Shown: positions 1 to 10,632 of the stretch, piece after piece
How the letters are laid out: each line of letters starts with the position of its first letter
How positions within the stretch are numbered: the first letter of the stretch is position 1
Origin: an uncultured Francisella sp.
Lineage (GTDB): Bacteria > Pseudomonadota > Gammaproteobacteria > Thiomicrospirales > Thiomicrospiraceae
Length of the DNA: 64,000 nt
Direction of reading: 5' to 3'
Assembly (NCBI GenBank): GCA_964606405.1
Contig: CAZSGH010000002.1
Coordinates: 34,719-98,718, forward strand
The notes under the pieces: generated by a model
What the model was told of the DNA's origin: nothing
The model's input: only the letters and a program-made list of their open reading frames with translations
The model's database searches: none
Program-made: the position numbers and the translations under genes

Positions 1-102
1 TACTTGTGCTATAAGCTTTTGTTTAACAGAAGCAGACTCATCAGCAGCTAACCCATAACCAGACAAGAGCATCAATCCAAGCAGAGACATTAACTTCATC
101 AT
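1..102 (-). CDS. 5' end of a secreted-protein gene that continues past the left edge
   Basis: ATG at 102 is preceded by AAGGAAG. Translation MMKLMSLLGLMLLSGYGLAADESASVKQKL.. looks like a Sec signal peptide and stays open to position 1. Track ORF 41..337 is in another frame and antisense to rplS. Confidence 0.35.
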   Translation of the reverse strand, partial: MMKLMSLLGLMLLSGYGLAADESASVKQKLIAQV

Positions 103-141
103 AACATTCTTCCTTAGGAGCGAATAAAAAACAGAACATAC

Positions 142-172
142 AAAAAAAGCGCCATCTCTGGCGCTCTTTTTT
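142..172. terminator. Bidirectional rho-independent terminator downstream of rplS
   Basis: Stem AGCGCC/GGCGCT with loop atctct, flanked by an A7 run and a T6 run, 20 nt after the rplS stop. Confidence 0.6.
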
Positions 173-191
173 GCTACTAAGCTTAAGGCAA

Positions 192-539
192 TTATACCTT
201 TTCGCGAATACGAGCAGCTTTGCCGCGTAGTGCACGCAAGTAGTACAACTTAGCACGACGAACATCACCACGACGCACAACAGCAACCGAAGCAATTGAA
301 GGGCTGTGTGTTTGGAAAACACGCTCAACACCCACACCGTGCGAAATCTTACGCACAGTGAAAGCAGAGTTTAAGCCACGATTACGTTTAGCAATCACAA
401 CACCTTCAAATGACTGCAAACGCTCGCGCGTGCCTTCAATTACTTTAACCTGAACGATCACTGTATCACCAGGACCAAAAGCAGGTACATCATTCTTTAA
501 CTGGGCAGTTTCCAGAGCTTGAATTTTAGCGTTAATCAT
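192..539 (-). CDS. rplS: 50S ribosomal protein L19
   Basis: 115 aa, colinear with E. coli L19 ([50 protein letters not shown]). Confidence 0.97.
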   Translation of the reverse strand: MINAKIQALETAQLKNDVPAFGPGDTVIVQVKVIEGTRERLQSFEGVVIAKRNRGLNSAFTVRKISHGVGVERVFQTHSPSIASVAVVRRGDVRRAKLYYLRALRGKAARIREKV

Positions 540-621
540 TATTACTCACCTTAAATCATCATCGCATTCAATGCGATTCAATCTATTAAAATACTTGGTT
601 TTCTATACCATACAACAAATT

Positions 622-1377
622 TTATTCTTGCGTTATCTTCTCAACCGAAAGACCTGCTTCTTGCAACCAGCGCTTATCTTGCTTCGTCAGCTCAACATTT
701 GCTAACAACTCAGGACGACGTTCAGCCGTTCGAATGAGTTGCTGCTGTCTGCGCCATTTCGCAATATCAGCATGGTTACCCGATTGCAACACTGCTGGCA
801 CTTCCTGTCCTGCAATCACAGGCGGACGTGTGTAGTGCGGGCAATCCAGCAAGCCTTGCGCAAAAGAGTCTTCAACAGCCGACTGAGCATGTCCCAAAAC
901 ACCAGGTATTAAGCGCACCACCGCATCCATCAACATCATCGCAGGCAGCTCGCCACCCGAAACAACGAAATCTCCTACCGAGATTTCTTCATCGACAAAT
1001 GAAGTAACAAAACGCTCATCCACACCTTCATAGCGACCACACAACAAGGCAACTTGCGGCAGTTTAGCTAGTTCGGCAGCTCTCGCTTGTGTTAGCGGTT
1101 TACCCTGTGGTGAAAGATAAATAAAATGAGGTTTAACATCGGCACACTGTGCGACCAAGCCTACGAACGTATCAGCCAAAGGCTGATACATCATCACCAT
1201 ACCTGGACCACCACCATAAGGACGATCATCAACCGTATTATGCACATTATGTACATAATCACGTGGATTGTGACACACACAAGACCATCGTCCGTTACGG
1301 TGTGCCCTACCTGTCACTCCGACATCCGTTACTGCGCTAAACAGCTCGGGAAACAGAGTAATGACATGAAAGTCCAT
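622..1377 (-). CDS. trmD: tRNA (guanine37-N1)-methyltransferase
   Basis: Start moved to [13 protein letters not shown] (ATG 1377) by comparison with the E. coli TrmD N-terminus. Motifs [21 protein letters not shown] and SGGELPAM are present. Sits in the rpsP-rimM-trmD-rplS order. Confidence 0.95.
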   Translation of the reverse strand: MDFHVITLFPELFSAVTDVGVTGRAHRNGRWSCVCHNPRDYVHNVHNTVDDRPYGGGPGMVMMYQPLADTFVGLVAQCADVKPHFIYLSPQGKPLTQARAAELAKLPQVALLCGRYEGVDERFVTSFVDEEISVGDFVVSGGELPAMMLMDAVVRLIPGVLGHAQSAVEDSFAQGLLDCPHYTRPPVIAGQEVPAVLQSGNHADIAKWRRQQQLIRTAERRPELLANVELTKQDKRWLQEAGLSVEKITQE

Positions 1378-1381
1378 CTGC

Positions 1382-1906
1382 TTAGTTGTTAAAGTAACCA
1401 GATTCCCAGTCAACGATAATGCGCTTATTTGCAATATCTACGGCTTTAACCACCACATCCATCACAAAAGGAATCAGCTCATCGCCCGATTCACCGCGCA
1501 CACGCATCACGTCGTGAGCACCTGTTTCCATCATTTCTTTCACCACACCTAAAGAAACACCCGACTCATTTACTAGCGTACAACCCACAAGGTCAATCCA
1601 ATAATAATCATCTTCATCTTTGGGCAGTTGCTCTGGCATAATTGCCACATCACAACCCATCAACAAGCGTGCTTCTTCGCGGTCGTCAAGACCCTTAAAC
1701 TTCGCAACCAATCGACCATCAGCATGGGCTTGCGCCTCTTCGACGTCGAACGATTGCCAACCTTCGGTTGTCTTTACCCACAAGGGGTTATAACTCATTA
1801 AATTGGCAGCAGGGCGAGTATAGGAAAAAAACCGCAACCAACCACGCACACCAAATAGACCATTAATACGGCCTACTAAAATTTTGTTGTCTGTTAACGT
1901 TTGCAC
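1382..1906 (-). CDS. rimM: 16S rRNA processing protein RimM
   Basis: 174 aa with VGRI.G.FG.RGW.R near the N-terminus. Located between rpsP and trmD. Confidence 0.92.
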   Translation of the reverse strand: MQTLTDNKILVGRINGLFGVRGWLRFFSYTRPAANLMSYNPLWVKTTEGWQSFDVEEAQAHADGRLVAKFKGLDDREEARLLMGCDVAIMPEQLPKDEDDYYWIDLVGCTLVNESGVSLGVVKEMMETGAHDVMRVRGESGDELIPFVMDVVVKAVDIANKRIIVDWESGYFNN

Positions 1907-1913
1907 GTTAAAA

Positions 1914-2159
1914 TCAAGCAGCCTTAGACTGCTTAGCCAAGGTCAAAACACGATCAGACGCTTGCGCACCCTGACCTACCCAGTAATCGTAACGGTCGCT
2001 GTCAAAGCGCAATTTTTCTTCATTGCCACGAGCGACAGGGTTAAAGAACCCAATACGTTCGATAAAACGACCATCACGACGCATGCGGCTGTCCGCTACG
2101 ACGATCGAATAAAAAGGTTTTTTCTTAGCTCCACCACGGGCTAGACGGATTACAACCAT
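1914..2159 (-). CDS. rpsP: 30S ribosomal protein S16
   Basis: 81 aa, [37 protein letters not shown], full-length S16. Confidence 0.96.
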   Translation of the reverse strand: MVVIRLARGGAKKKPFYSIVVADSRMRRDGRFIERIGFFNPVARGNEEKLRFDSDRYDYWVGQGAQASDRVLTLAKQSKAA

Positions 2160-2470
2160 CTGTCACTCCTTATAACGTTTAACAGCGACAACAGGAATTC
2201 CTGCTGACTATTTCTTTAGCCTTCCCCACCCAATAGCAGGGAATCGCACATTATGACAGATTAGAGAAAATAAAACAACAAATTAAGACACCGTCAGTAG
2301 TGCAGGGCGATCACTAAAAATCGATCACGAAAGCGGAAATTTATTTCATTGCCTTTATGGATCCCCGCATACGCGAGGATGACGAAATATTGGGTTATTT
2401 AGAGATACCCATTAGTAGATAACGCAGCACGATTAACGTTGCATCAACACAAGAGCCAGCGCAGTAGGTT

Positions 2471-3835
2471 TTAGCGCATGAAGGGCATCTTACCCATCGC
2501 CCCACCAGCCATACCACGCATCATGTTTTTCATGCCGCCTTTTTTCATGCTCTTCATCATTTTTTGCATTTCTTCGAACTGCTTAATCAGGCGGTTTAAC
2601 TCTTGCACACTTGTACCAGAACCCAGCGCAATACGACGCTTGCGCGACCCCTTGATAATACTCGGGTGACGACGCTCTTGTAGCGTCATCGAATTAATCA
2701 TCGCTTCGATGCGCTTAAACTGCTTTTCGCCCTGAGCTGCATCGACCTTTTGCGCCATACCACTCATACCTGGGAGCTTATCAAGCAAGGAAAAAACGCC
2801 ACCCATTTTTTGAATTTGCTGCAGTTGCGATTTAAAGTCTTCGAAGGTAAAACCTTCACCTTCTTGCAAACGCTTAGCAAGCTTTTCTGCCTCGACTCGA
2901 TCAACTTTCTGTTCAACTTGCTCAATCAGACTGAGGACATCGCCCATACCCAAGATGCGCGATGCCATACGTTCGGGATGAAAAGGCTCCAAGGCATCAA
3001 GTTTTTCGCCTGCACCCAAAAATTTAATGGGCTTGCCTGTTAGCTCGCGCAAAGACAAGGCCGCACCACCACGTGCATCACCGTCTGTCTTAGTTAAAAT
3101 CACACCCGTTAAAGGCAAAGCTTCGTTAAAGGCTTTGGCGGTACGCGCCGCATCTTGCCCTGTCATAGCATCAACAACAAACAAGGTTTCGATTGGGTTA
3201 ATGGCGGCATGAATGGCTTTCGCCTCTTCCATCATCTCGCTGTCGATGTGCAAACGACCTGCCGTATCGACAATCAACACATCGAAGAACTGCTTACGCG
3301 CGACATCGACGGCGGCTAAAGCAATATCGACAGGCTTTTGTTGTGCGGTTGAAGGGTGAAAGCTCGCCCCCACTTGCTGCGCGACCGTTTGTAACTGCGA
3401 AATCGCAGCGGGGCGGTATACGTCAGCAGAAACGACCAATACTTTCTTTTTCTCACGCTCTTTTAAATAGCGCGCCAACTTACCAACAGTGGTGGTTTTA
3501 CCCGCCCCCTGCAAACCCGCCATTAAAATAATCGCAGGTGGTGCAACATTAAGTTTTAAACCATCATTGGCTTCGCCCATCACGGCTGTAAGCTCGTCTT
3601 TAACGATTTTAATGAACGCCTGCCCTGGTGTCAGGCTCAGTGCTACTTCTTGCCCGACTGCACGCACTTGCACACGATCAACAAACAATTTAATGACTTC
3701 TAAGGCAACGTCTGCCTCTAATAAAGCGCGACGCACCTCACGCAAAGCATCCTTGACGTTCTCTTCGGTGAGTCGTCCTTGCCCACGAATCGATTTTAGG
3801 GTACGTTGTAAGCGTTCACTTAAATTTTCAAACAC
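2471..3835 (-). CDS. ffh: Signal recognition particle protein Ffh
   Basis: GTG at 3835 with an AGAGGA RBS gives VFENLSERLQRTLK, matching the E. coli Ffh N-terminus MFDNLTDRLSRTLR. GTPase motifs GLQGAGKTT, DTAGR and TKTDGD are present, and the C-terminal M-domain is Met-rich. Confidence 0.95.
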   Translation of the reverse strand: MFENLSERLQRTLKSIRGQGRLTEENVKDALREVRRALLEADVALEVIKLFVDRVQVRAVGQEVALSLTPGQAFIKIVKDELTAVMGEANDGLKLNVAPPAIILMAGLQGAGKTTTVGKLARYLKEREKKKVLVVSADVYRPAAISQLQTVAQQVGASFHPSTAQQKPVDIALAAVDVARKQFFDVLIVDTAGRLHIDSEMMEEAKAIHAAINPIETLFVVDAMTGQDAARTAKAFNEALPLTGVILTKTDGDARGGAALSLRELTGKPIKFLGAGEKLDALEPFHPERMASRILGMGDVLSLIEQVEQKVDRVEAEKLAKRLQEGEGFTFEDFKSQLQQIQKMGGVFSLLDKLPGMSGMAQKVDAAQGEKQFKRIEAMINSMTLQERRHPSIIKGSRKRRIALGSGTSVQELNRLIKQFEEMQKMMKSMKKGGMKNMMRGMAGGAMGKMPFMR

Positions 3836-4043
3836 GATGATTCCTCTTTGTGCACTATGCATTTTTGATATTATAAAGCATCGAAGGCAAACAGTCTGAA
3901 AATAAGTTTTTTCTCAAAGAGCACATGTATAAATTACAATAAAAACAATGCTGTGTCAACAACCTATACCCTCGATTATTATACCTTAGCAGCTTATACA
4001 CGACTCAACTTGTAACAATGTTGCTTCAAAATAGATCATTAAT

Positions 4044-4958
4044 TTACAACCGATAAATATTGGATATTACGTTTATTGCCTGTTGCATTGACGCTCGCAT
4101 ATCACCTCGATCATATCCCAATGTAGTATCTACTTTGCTATGCCTAGCAATTGCCTGAACCACCCTAGGACTAATATTCTGATCTAGTAGGTTTGTTATT
4201 AGCGTTCGTCTCATATCGTGCGGAGTCGTTTTGTTCTTGACCCCAGACTTTGAAACTACTTGTTTATAACTGTACATAACTGCTTCGCCTCGAATGCCAG
4301 ATAAGTTTAGGATTTTTCCAGACGAGTGAATTGATCCAAAAACATATCTTCCATAAACTCCTTGCAGATTACATTCTTTGTACCATAATTTTATATATGG
4401 CACGGCAAGACTTGCGATAGGAATTGTTACCTGTTTATTGCCTTTTCCAGTAACTTTGCAGGTTCCAGATTCAAAGTCTAGGTCATCTCGTTTTAACTTA
4501 GCGATTTCTTCTCGCCTTAAACCCATAAAAATGCCCAGCGAAAGCATTGCGGCACTTCTTAATCCTCTCGTTTTATTGGCATCGTTGGCGCATACCGAAA
4601 ACAACTCCTCGACTTCTGAGTTTTCTAGTTTTCGGCCCGCAACCTCTCTTGAGCCTTTTCTATTTGGAATATGGTTGATATGCATATAGGAAACTGCGGT
4701 GATTTTACCCAGGTACCAGCACTGCTTTGCAACACCCTTAAGTATTGATAAATAAGAATTAATACTTCTATAGGTCAACCCTTTTGTCTCTAATTCAGCC
4801 ATTTTTTTAATAACGAATTGATGATTGAGTAGCTTCCAATTATATTTCTTGGCACTTTTATCGTCACTAAACCCAAATATGGCCTTGCAGACGGATTTCG
4901 TTTGTTGACGAGAATTTTCACTATTTAAAGATAGCAGATACAGCTCTATTGGAGTCAT
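4044..4958 (-). CDS. Tyrosine recombinase / integrase (short XerC/D-like)
   Basis: 304 aa with catalytic signature R (MGLRREE), HxxR (PHDMRRT), H (ARHSK) and Y (TLGYDR). It is the first gene of the element next to ffh. Confidence 0.85.
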   Translation of the reverse strand: MTPIELYLLSLNSENSRQQTKSVCKAIFGFSDDKSAKKYNWKLLNHQFVIKKMAELETKGLTYRSINSYLSILKGVAKQCWYLGKITAVSYMHINHIPNRKGSREVAGRKLENSEVEELFSVCANDANKTRGLRSAAMLSLGIFMGLRREEIAKLKRDDLDFESGTCKVTGKGNKQVTIPIASLAVPYIKLWYKECNLQGVYGRYVFGSIHSSGKILNLSGIRGEAVMYSYKQVVSKSGVKNKTTPHDMRRTLITNLLDQNISPRVVQAIARHSKVDTTLGYDRGDMRASMQQAINVISNIYRL

Positions 4959-5049
4959 TACGGTCTTGTTGTCCTTTGGTATTTAACAGCACAACCGAAT
5001 ATTTAGCAAATAAAGTACCAATCAGCATTTATCGCTAATAACCAAAATG

Positions 5050-5742
5050 TTACCAGTATTTTTTATAAAACTTCCACTGTAAGCGTACGCTAAGCCAGAC
5101 AAATGTCAACCAAACCGCAACGAACGCTTGTGCATTCGTTACAGCGTCAAACCATAGGCAGTATATGGTAATCAGAAGCATCATTCCGCCCCAGTGTAGC
5201 GCCTTTGCGTGCAAGTAAATCGATGTAGACTCTCTTCCCGCACTATCAGTTCTAATACCACGCTCAACCATACCATCGACAAACGCCAACGCATAAACCA
5301 TTCCCACTAATGGCAATAATGAGATGATCGCCCCAATTCTAATGCCGACGATATGAACTGACTGAATAGCGACAATAAACTGCCAGTTAAACGTTTTAAC
5401 AAAACGCTCAGTCCAGTTAGGTTGGTTAGGATCTGTTGCTTGTACGAGTGCTTGATAGATACCTGGTTCCTGAAACAGGATCCAGTCAAGGAAGTCAGCT
5501 ATTGTCAGTGATAGATAACCTGACGGAGACTCGTTTACGATTGATTGTGATAGTTGCATCAATTCTTGAATCGTTTCAAGCCCATTAGATACACGATAAA
5601 TATCGATGCCAATACGAAAAAACACAATCATTGAGCTAGTAAGCAAGACAAATAAAGCCAACCCAAAGATACCAACTGCCAAATTAGTTGAAGGTTTATC
5701 CAGTAAATAGTGTTTTTGTTGCGGGCTATTATCTTGAGCCAT
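5050..5742 (-). CDS. ICE inner-membrane protein (multi-TM), conserved partner downstream of TraD
   Basis: 230 aa with 4-5 hydrophobic segments. Its start overlaps the TraD stop by 1 nt (5742). Confidence 0.55.
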   Translation of the reverse strand: MAQDNSPQQKHYLLDKPSTNLAVGIFGLALFVLLTSSMIVFFRIGIDIYRVSNGLETIQELMQLSQSIVNESPSGYLSLTIADFLDWILFQEPGIYQALVQATDPNQPNWTERFVKTFNWQFIVAIQSVHIVGIRIGAIISLLPLVGMVYALAFVDGMVERGIRTDSAGRESTSIYLHAKALHWGGMMLLITIYCLWFDAVTNAQAFVAVWLTFVWLSVRLQWKFYKKYW

Positions 5743-7907
5743 TAAGCTGCCATCCTATCATTCTCTGGCAAACTCCACATGTCCTGCCAATCATTCCTAA
5801 ATTGACTGATAGAGGTATCCCAGTGTGTTTCTGTATGTTCGTACTTAATGCGCATATCGCGCACTAATTGCGCTAATGAGTCTGGTAGCAGCTTGTCATC
5901 ACTTTCATCAGGCAATGGAAGTCTGATTTTCCAAAGCTGACCACCCTCCAGTAATGCAAAAGCTTGTCCCTTAGGAAGCTGAACAATGTCTGAAGGAGAA
6001 ACAACAGGCAAACGTTCCATCTGAATTCGATCCTCATTTTTGGATACAAAGCTCGTTTCACCGCTAATACTATCCTTATCAGACACGCCTGAGCTGGCAA
6101 CAATGGTGGGTATTTGTACCTCCTCAACCTGATTAGTCAAAATTTCAGCGGTTTCTTTATTTTTCACCCTGAGCATGATCAGCGTGTTTAAGTTACCACC
6201 TATTTGCTCTGCTTTAGCGGCAGAACCTATTTTTGCCTCAACATCAGACCATGTCTGCGTGTAAACGGTAACTTGGAAACCAGCACCACCGGCCTTATTG
6301 AGCAGCGGTATGAACTCATCGCCAATCAATTCATTGAACTCGTCAGCGTGAACGCTAATTTTTCGTTTCTGATTAGGATTAGCAAAGCCATAACCCGTTC
6401 CGTGTTTGTAGATTCGACCGGCCTTACTGGTTATGTCTGCAAACATCGATGCACCAACTGTTGCGGCCACCATCGGGATGCTAAGCGAATCCAAACCGAC
6501 GTACACGATCGCTTTACGGCTAATAGCCTCCATCCAATCAAATACGGGTCGTTGATCGTCAATATCTTCTAAATCAGGAGAGATTAGCTCTCCAACTTGA
6601 CCAGTTGTCAGCTTTTCAAGTAATGGATATAAGCTTGAAACAAGCTTATCGAAGTAACTCTTTTCATTACCTAAAATAGCAATGAGTGCCCTTGCAATAT
6701 CGGCTAACTCTAGGCTAGATGACTCAGCATCTGCCTGAGTTGCTTTACCAAATAGCTCTTTACGCTTGGCAAACTCAATCATCTTGACCGCATCAAAGTT
6801 GCGCTGCTTCATGACTTTGTCTTGAATTTCTTTGACATCAAAATCAAACAAATCAAGTTCAATCTGCCATCCTGGTATCATCTTGTCGAAGAATAGCGCG
6901 AGGAAGTCGATGAGTAGGCTATCGATATCAGAAGCATAGCGATAGAGCTTCTTGAAATCTGGCTTAATACCTAAAGCAACGAGTGCGCGGGTAATTACGT
7001 TCACAAATCGCCACACAAAGTCCCTAAATGCTCGACTATTGCCTTCGCTTGGTAATTGGCCAGCAATGCGATCGGCCACTTCGGTTACTTTCTCGAAGTC
7101 ACCAATAGGGTTATAGCGCCATGATATTTCTGGGAAGCCAAGGTGGAAAATAATGAAGTCGTCTAATCGACCAGCAAGCTTAGCCTCAAGATACATGCGT
7201 TTTAATAAACTCGCATCGCCTTTAGGGTCGAATACGATAACCACGTCGCCTCGACGAATATCCTGAGCGATCATTAACTCGGCTAGGCGCGTTTTACCCA
7301 CACGAGTTGTACCTAGAACCAGCTTATGACCGACACGCTCTGATAATGCTTCCCATACAGGGCGCTCTCCTTCCCAAAGACCTACAGCATGAATGGCGCT
7401 GTTACCACCAATAGGCGGCAAAGGAGAAACTGGATTCCACCACGCATCGTTTTGGCTGATTCGTTTAACGGTTAGTCTAATTGACTCAATCGACTTATTC
7501 TTATAACGACGCATCTCTAAGTCGCGTACAAAGTCATACAATCGACCAGGAACAACAAATCGCCTGTTTTTGGGAACTCTTAACTGCTCTATGCGTTGTT
7601 TATGGCGTTGATCCCAACGAAACCCCATGCCAAGGTATAGTTTTTCGTGAGACCATTTAAGATCTCTACTGCCCATCTCGAACTTGGGCATTCGACTTAA
7701 TCCACGTTGATACTGGTGCAAGTTCCAGCCTTCTTTAAGTCTCTTTGCTCCCCATAATGCGGTCAACGACGCTAAAGGTGTACTCCATGATGGATTGCTG
7801 ACTATTACCGCACCTAATGGCGATAGAGTTATGCCTGCAGCGGCAGCATATATCGCTCCACCATATAACTCATAGAGTGGTCGCAGTAGGTTTTCGACTT
7901 GGCTCAT
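5742..7907 (-). CDS. traD: Conjugative coupling protein TraD (VirD4-like ATPase)
   Basis: 721 aa with N-terminal TM segments, Walker A GTTRVGKT and Walker B-like VVIVFDPKGD. Adjacent to the relaxase. Confidence 0.88.
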   Translation of the reverse strand: MSQVENLLRPLYELYGGAIYAAAAGITLSPLGAVIVSNPSWSTPLASLTALWGAKRLKEGWNLHQYQRGLSRMPKFEMGSRDLKWSHEKLYLGMGFRWDQRHKQRIEQLRVPKNRRFVVPGRLYDFVRDLEMRRYKNKSIESIRLTVKRISQNDAWWNPVSPLPPIGGNSAIHAVGLWEGERPVWEALSERVGHKLVLGTTRVGKTRLAELMIAQDIRRGDVVIVFDPKGDASLLKRMYLEAKLAGRLDDFIIFHLGFPEISWRYNPIGDFEKVTEVADRIAGQLPSEGNSRAFRDFVWRFVNVITRALVALGIKPDFKKLYRYASDIDSLLIDFLALFFDKMIPGWQIELDLFDFDVKEIQDKVMKQRNFDAVKMIEFAKRKELFGKATQADAESSSLELADIARALIAILGNEKSYFDKLVSSLYPLLEKLTTGQVGELISPDLEDIDDQRPVFDWMEAISRKAIVYVGLDSLSIPMVAATVGASMFADITSKAGRIYKHGTGYGFANPNQKRKISVHADEFNELIGDEFIPLLNKAGGAGFQVTVYTQTWSDVEAKIGSAAKAEQIGGNLNTLIMLRVKNKETAEILTNQVEEVQIPTIVASSGVSDKDSISGETSFVSKNEDRIQMERLPVVSPSDIVQLPKGQAFALLEGGQLWKIRLPLPDESDDKLLPDSLAQLVRDMRIKYEHTETHWDTSISQFRNDWQDMWSLPENDRMAA

Positions 7908-7911
7908 AGCG

Positions 7912-10320
7912 TTAACTTAACCTCAGCTCATCAACTTGCACCATAAACAAGTTTGGCTCGGGTACTTCTTGGACATATTTTTGTGGATTAGCAAGTAACA
8001 CAACGTTGAGTACCGCTGTTCTCTTTTTACTATCATCATTAGACTTAATCGCAAATCGAAACAGCTTGTCTCCGCTAGGCTTGCGCACGATTAAATTGCT
8101 TCTTATCAGGCTAGCTTGTACCTGCCGCCAGTCATCTAAGCCCGCAAACTCACAGAACAGATTGAAAATAGCTGGCGATACCAATCCAAGCCCTTCTTTT
8201 AGGAAGTGCACAGGCGCTTTAGGCACGTTATAAGCAACAGTTCCATTAGCAAGAGAGGTTTGCAGCCAGTAAATAAACTGCATGGTTAATGGCTCTGGCT
8301 CCCTATCCTGAGCGCTCAGTAAATTAGGTGAAGGCAACTTAATTGGAATGCCTAATACAGGCTCTTGCTTGGTTAAGGCATCATTGATCGCAGTGCGAAC
8401 ATCTTCATTCTCTGGTAAAAATGCAGCTGGCTGAACTTGAGTTGACTCATGATCTTCTGGAAGCTTAGGCAAATCATTGGCATCTTCTTCGTTTACTACT
8501 GACAATGATTCTGGTTCATCCGATGATTGCACCTCTATTACAGGCTGTTCCGACTGAGAGAAATCAGCGAAAGGGTCGTCTTCGTCAATCTCAGAAACAG
8601 GCTTCACTTGAACAGCTAGTGTCGCTTTTTTATCTTGTTTTGGTTTTGGTGACGGTTTGAAAGCTGCCAAGTTAGGCGTTGGTAAGGATTCTGTTTTATT
8701 TTTTACTTTTGGTTTAGGTGCTTCATCTCGACTAACGGCCGCATCGTCGTTTAATGGAGTGCTTACTGAATCACCAATATCCTCAATTATTGTCTCAACG
8801 TTCGTTTCTTCTGATGGCAAAGAGTGATTTGAATCAACTGTTGCTGGCTGTTTAACGGTTGTCTCAATATCTGCTGGTTGCGTAGACTGTGTTTGATCCT
8901 GTTTGACAGGTACGGTCTTAGCTTCTGATGGCTTGGCTACTTTATCCCATGTATTTTTGATGGTAACACTACCCGTAAACTGCTTTGGATAGGCTGCAGT
9001 GTTATCTCCATACACGCAGTGCAGCGGGAATCTAAGTACGGTCAACTCATGTTTGAACTTGCCATTATTATTCGCTCCTTCAAAAATGCACGTCCAAATC
9101 GCTTTATTGTCAGGTGTCGGTACAATCTGTCCAAAGTCCTGCCAAGTGCTAAATAGACGGTCATTATCGGTCGGCAAACTCACTAGATAACTACTTCGGT
9201 TGGCAGTAATCCAATCCCTAACACGGTCAGCGGTCGTCTTACTCACCATGTAGATGTCACCTTCATGCACAAAGGCAGCACCACCTGACTGATTTAGCTT
9301 AAATCCATCACTGAGCAACAGATGATTTAGGGACTCCATTAAAATCTCAATGAGCGGTCTGGTGCGAGCGACATTAAAGCGTACTTGTGTTCCTTGACCA
9401 ATATCCATTTTGACAGAGGCTTGGTCAGCCTTGGTAACGATGTCACTAATCGACTGCACCTCAAGCGTCGTATCACGGGCACCAGTCAAATAAGCACGCA
9501 AGGCTGTCATTAATGATGCGTTAGCACCAAGCCAGCTCATCATCGGTTTGGGGCATAACATCGGCAATAGATCAGCACCTAGCTGTGCATGCTCGCTATA
9601 GTTGTGATCCGCAAAGGTTACTCGATAGCGATCGATGCCAATCGCCGGCATACTGCCGCCTGAAGGATTCCAGCGCAATTGCTTGCCGTCACGACTCAAT
9701 CCATCAACTTGAATATCAGAAATAACTTTACCCGCATCATGTAAGCAGGCTGCGAGAATAATCGCTACTGTCCATCGATGTTGTTCGGCAGTACGTTCTT
9801 CTTGCGATACCCCTTTAGGTAATAGTCGTCCACGGCGAATACGACAGGCAATATTAGCGACTTCTATCGTATGTCGCGCTAATCCACCTGGTCCTGAGTG
9901 ATGATGCGATTGAGATGCGGGTAGCAGCTGCACCATTTCGACAAGCGCGTAAAATGTCTCTGATAGCCATTGTGAAGTTTCGGCATCGAGACCACTTTGC
10001 GCCAAAATAAGCTTTATTTTTGGTTCAACGCCCAAATGTTGCGCCAAAAGCTTGCCTTGGGTGGCAAGCAGGTAGCCATTTTGCTCCAATGAGTTTATGT
10101 TGAATGATTGTGGCAATTGCTTTGGTTGTTGGTCAACTTCTAGCTGTTGCTTCAGTTGATTGCGACCTTTGTGCCAATAATAAGCACTAGCAAGCGTTAT
10201 AGTCGTGCTGGCTACCAAAACACTTGCTTTAACAGGCTGGTTGATAGCCCAGTCGATGATGGTTGTTAGTTGGTCCAAGGTATATACAGCTTTGTATAAA
10301 CAACAAACCCAAGAAACCAA
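7912..10320 (-). CDS. traI: ICE relaxase TraI, HD-domain (PFGI-1/ICEclc class)
   Basis: 802 aa with an HD-type metal site (HHSGPGGLARHTIEV ... CLHDAGKV). A long acidic, Pro/Gln-rich linker separates the N- and C-terminal domains. Position next to traD. Confidence 0.72.
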   Translation of the reverse strand: MVSWVCCLYKAVYTLDQLTTIIDWAINQPVKASVLVASTTITLASAYYWHKGRNQLKQQLEVDQQPKQLPQSFNINSLEQNGYLLATQGKLLAQHLGVEPKIKLILAQSGLDAETSQWLSETFYALVEMVQLLPASQSHHHSGPGGLARHTIEVANIACRIRRGRLLPKGVSQEERTAEQHRWTVAIILAACLHDAGKVISDIQVDGLSRDGKQLRWNPSGGSMPAIGIDRYRVTFADHNYSEHAQLGADLLPMLCPKPMMSWLGANASLMTALRAYLTGARDTTLEVQSISDIVTKADQASVKMDIGQGTQVRFNVARTRPLIEILMESLNHLLLSDGFKLNQSGGAAFVHEGDIYMVSKTTADRVRDWITANRSSYLVSLPTDNDRLFSTWQDFGQIVPTPDNKAIWTCIFEGANNNGKFKHELTVLRFPLHCVYGDNTAAYPKQFTGSVTIKNTWDKVAKPSEAKTVPVKQDQTQSTQPADIETTVKQPATVDSNHSLPSEETNVETIIEDIGDSVSTPLNDDAAVSRDEAPKPKVKNKTESLPTPNLAAFKPSPKPKQDKKATLAVQVKPVSEIDEDDPFADFSQSEQPVIEVQSSDEPESLSVVNEEDANDLPKLPEDHESTQVQPAAFLPENEDVRTAINDALTKQEPVLGIPIKLPSPNLLSAQDREPEPLTMQFIYWLQTSLANGTVAYNVPKAPVHFLKEGLGLVSPAIFNLFCEFAGLDDWRQVQASLIRSNLIVRKPSGDKLFRFAIKSNDDSKKRTAVLNVVLLANPQKYVQEVPEPNLFMVQVDELRLS

Positions 10321-10362
10321 ACAAGATAAAGTAGCACTAAAAATGATGCGAAAGCAGAGTCT

Positions 10363-10620
10363 TTAGTCATTATTGCTGCCTTCTTCAACGGTTCTATTGG
10401 AAGCTAGAACTGCCTTTTCGATTTTCTCTAGCATCTCAACAATGAAGCTTGCCATTAATGCTATAAACGTTAACGCAAAAAAGTACGCGGTATGTGAATA
10501 GGCTAATTCAAACGAAAAGATGAATCCCAACACTGCCGTAATAGATGCAAATAGCGTTAATACAAAAGAATAAGTAAATATTTTTTTAAACTCGGTAGTT
10601 TTCATGTCAATAATCCTCAC
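10363..10620 (-). CDS. Small membrane protein (2 TM)
   Basis: 85 aa with two hydrophobic helices, in an operon with its neighbours. Confidence 0.45.
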   Translation of the reverse strand: MRIIDMKTTEFKKIFTYSFVLTLFASITAVLGFIFSFELAYSHTAYFFALTFIALMASFIVEMLEKIEKAVLASNRTVEEGSNND

Positions 10621-10632
10621 TTCATTTCTGTA

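Noticed and set aside
41-337. 98-aa track ORF overlapping rplS on the same strand in another frame
   Set aside because: It overlaps the well-supported L19 gene and the terminator, has no RBS and has an odd Cys/Phe-rich composition. The real upstream-edge gene is in a different frame (1..102).
2359-2383. GGATCCCCGCATACGCGAGGATGAC in the rpsP-ffh spacer, resembling half of a REP-like palindromic element seen in some gammaproteobacteria
   Set aside because: It is a single half-copy with no partner arm in the window, so I cannot support calling it a repeat element.
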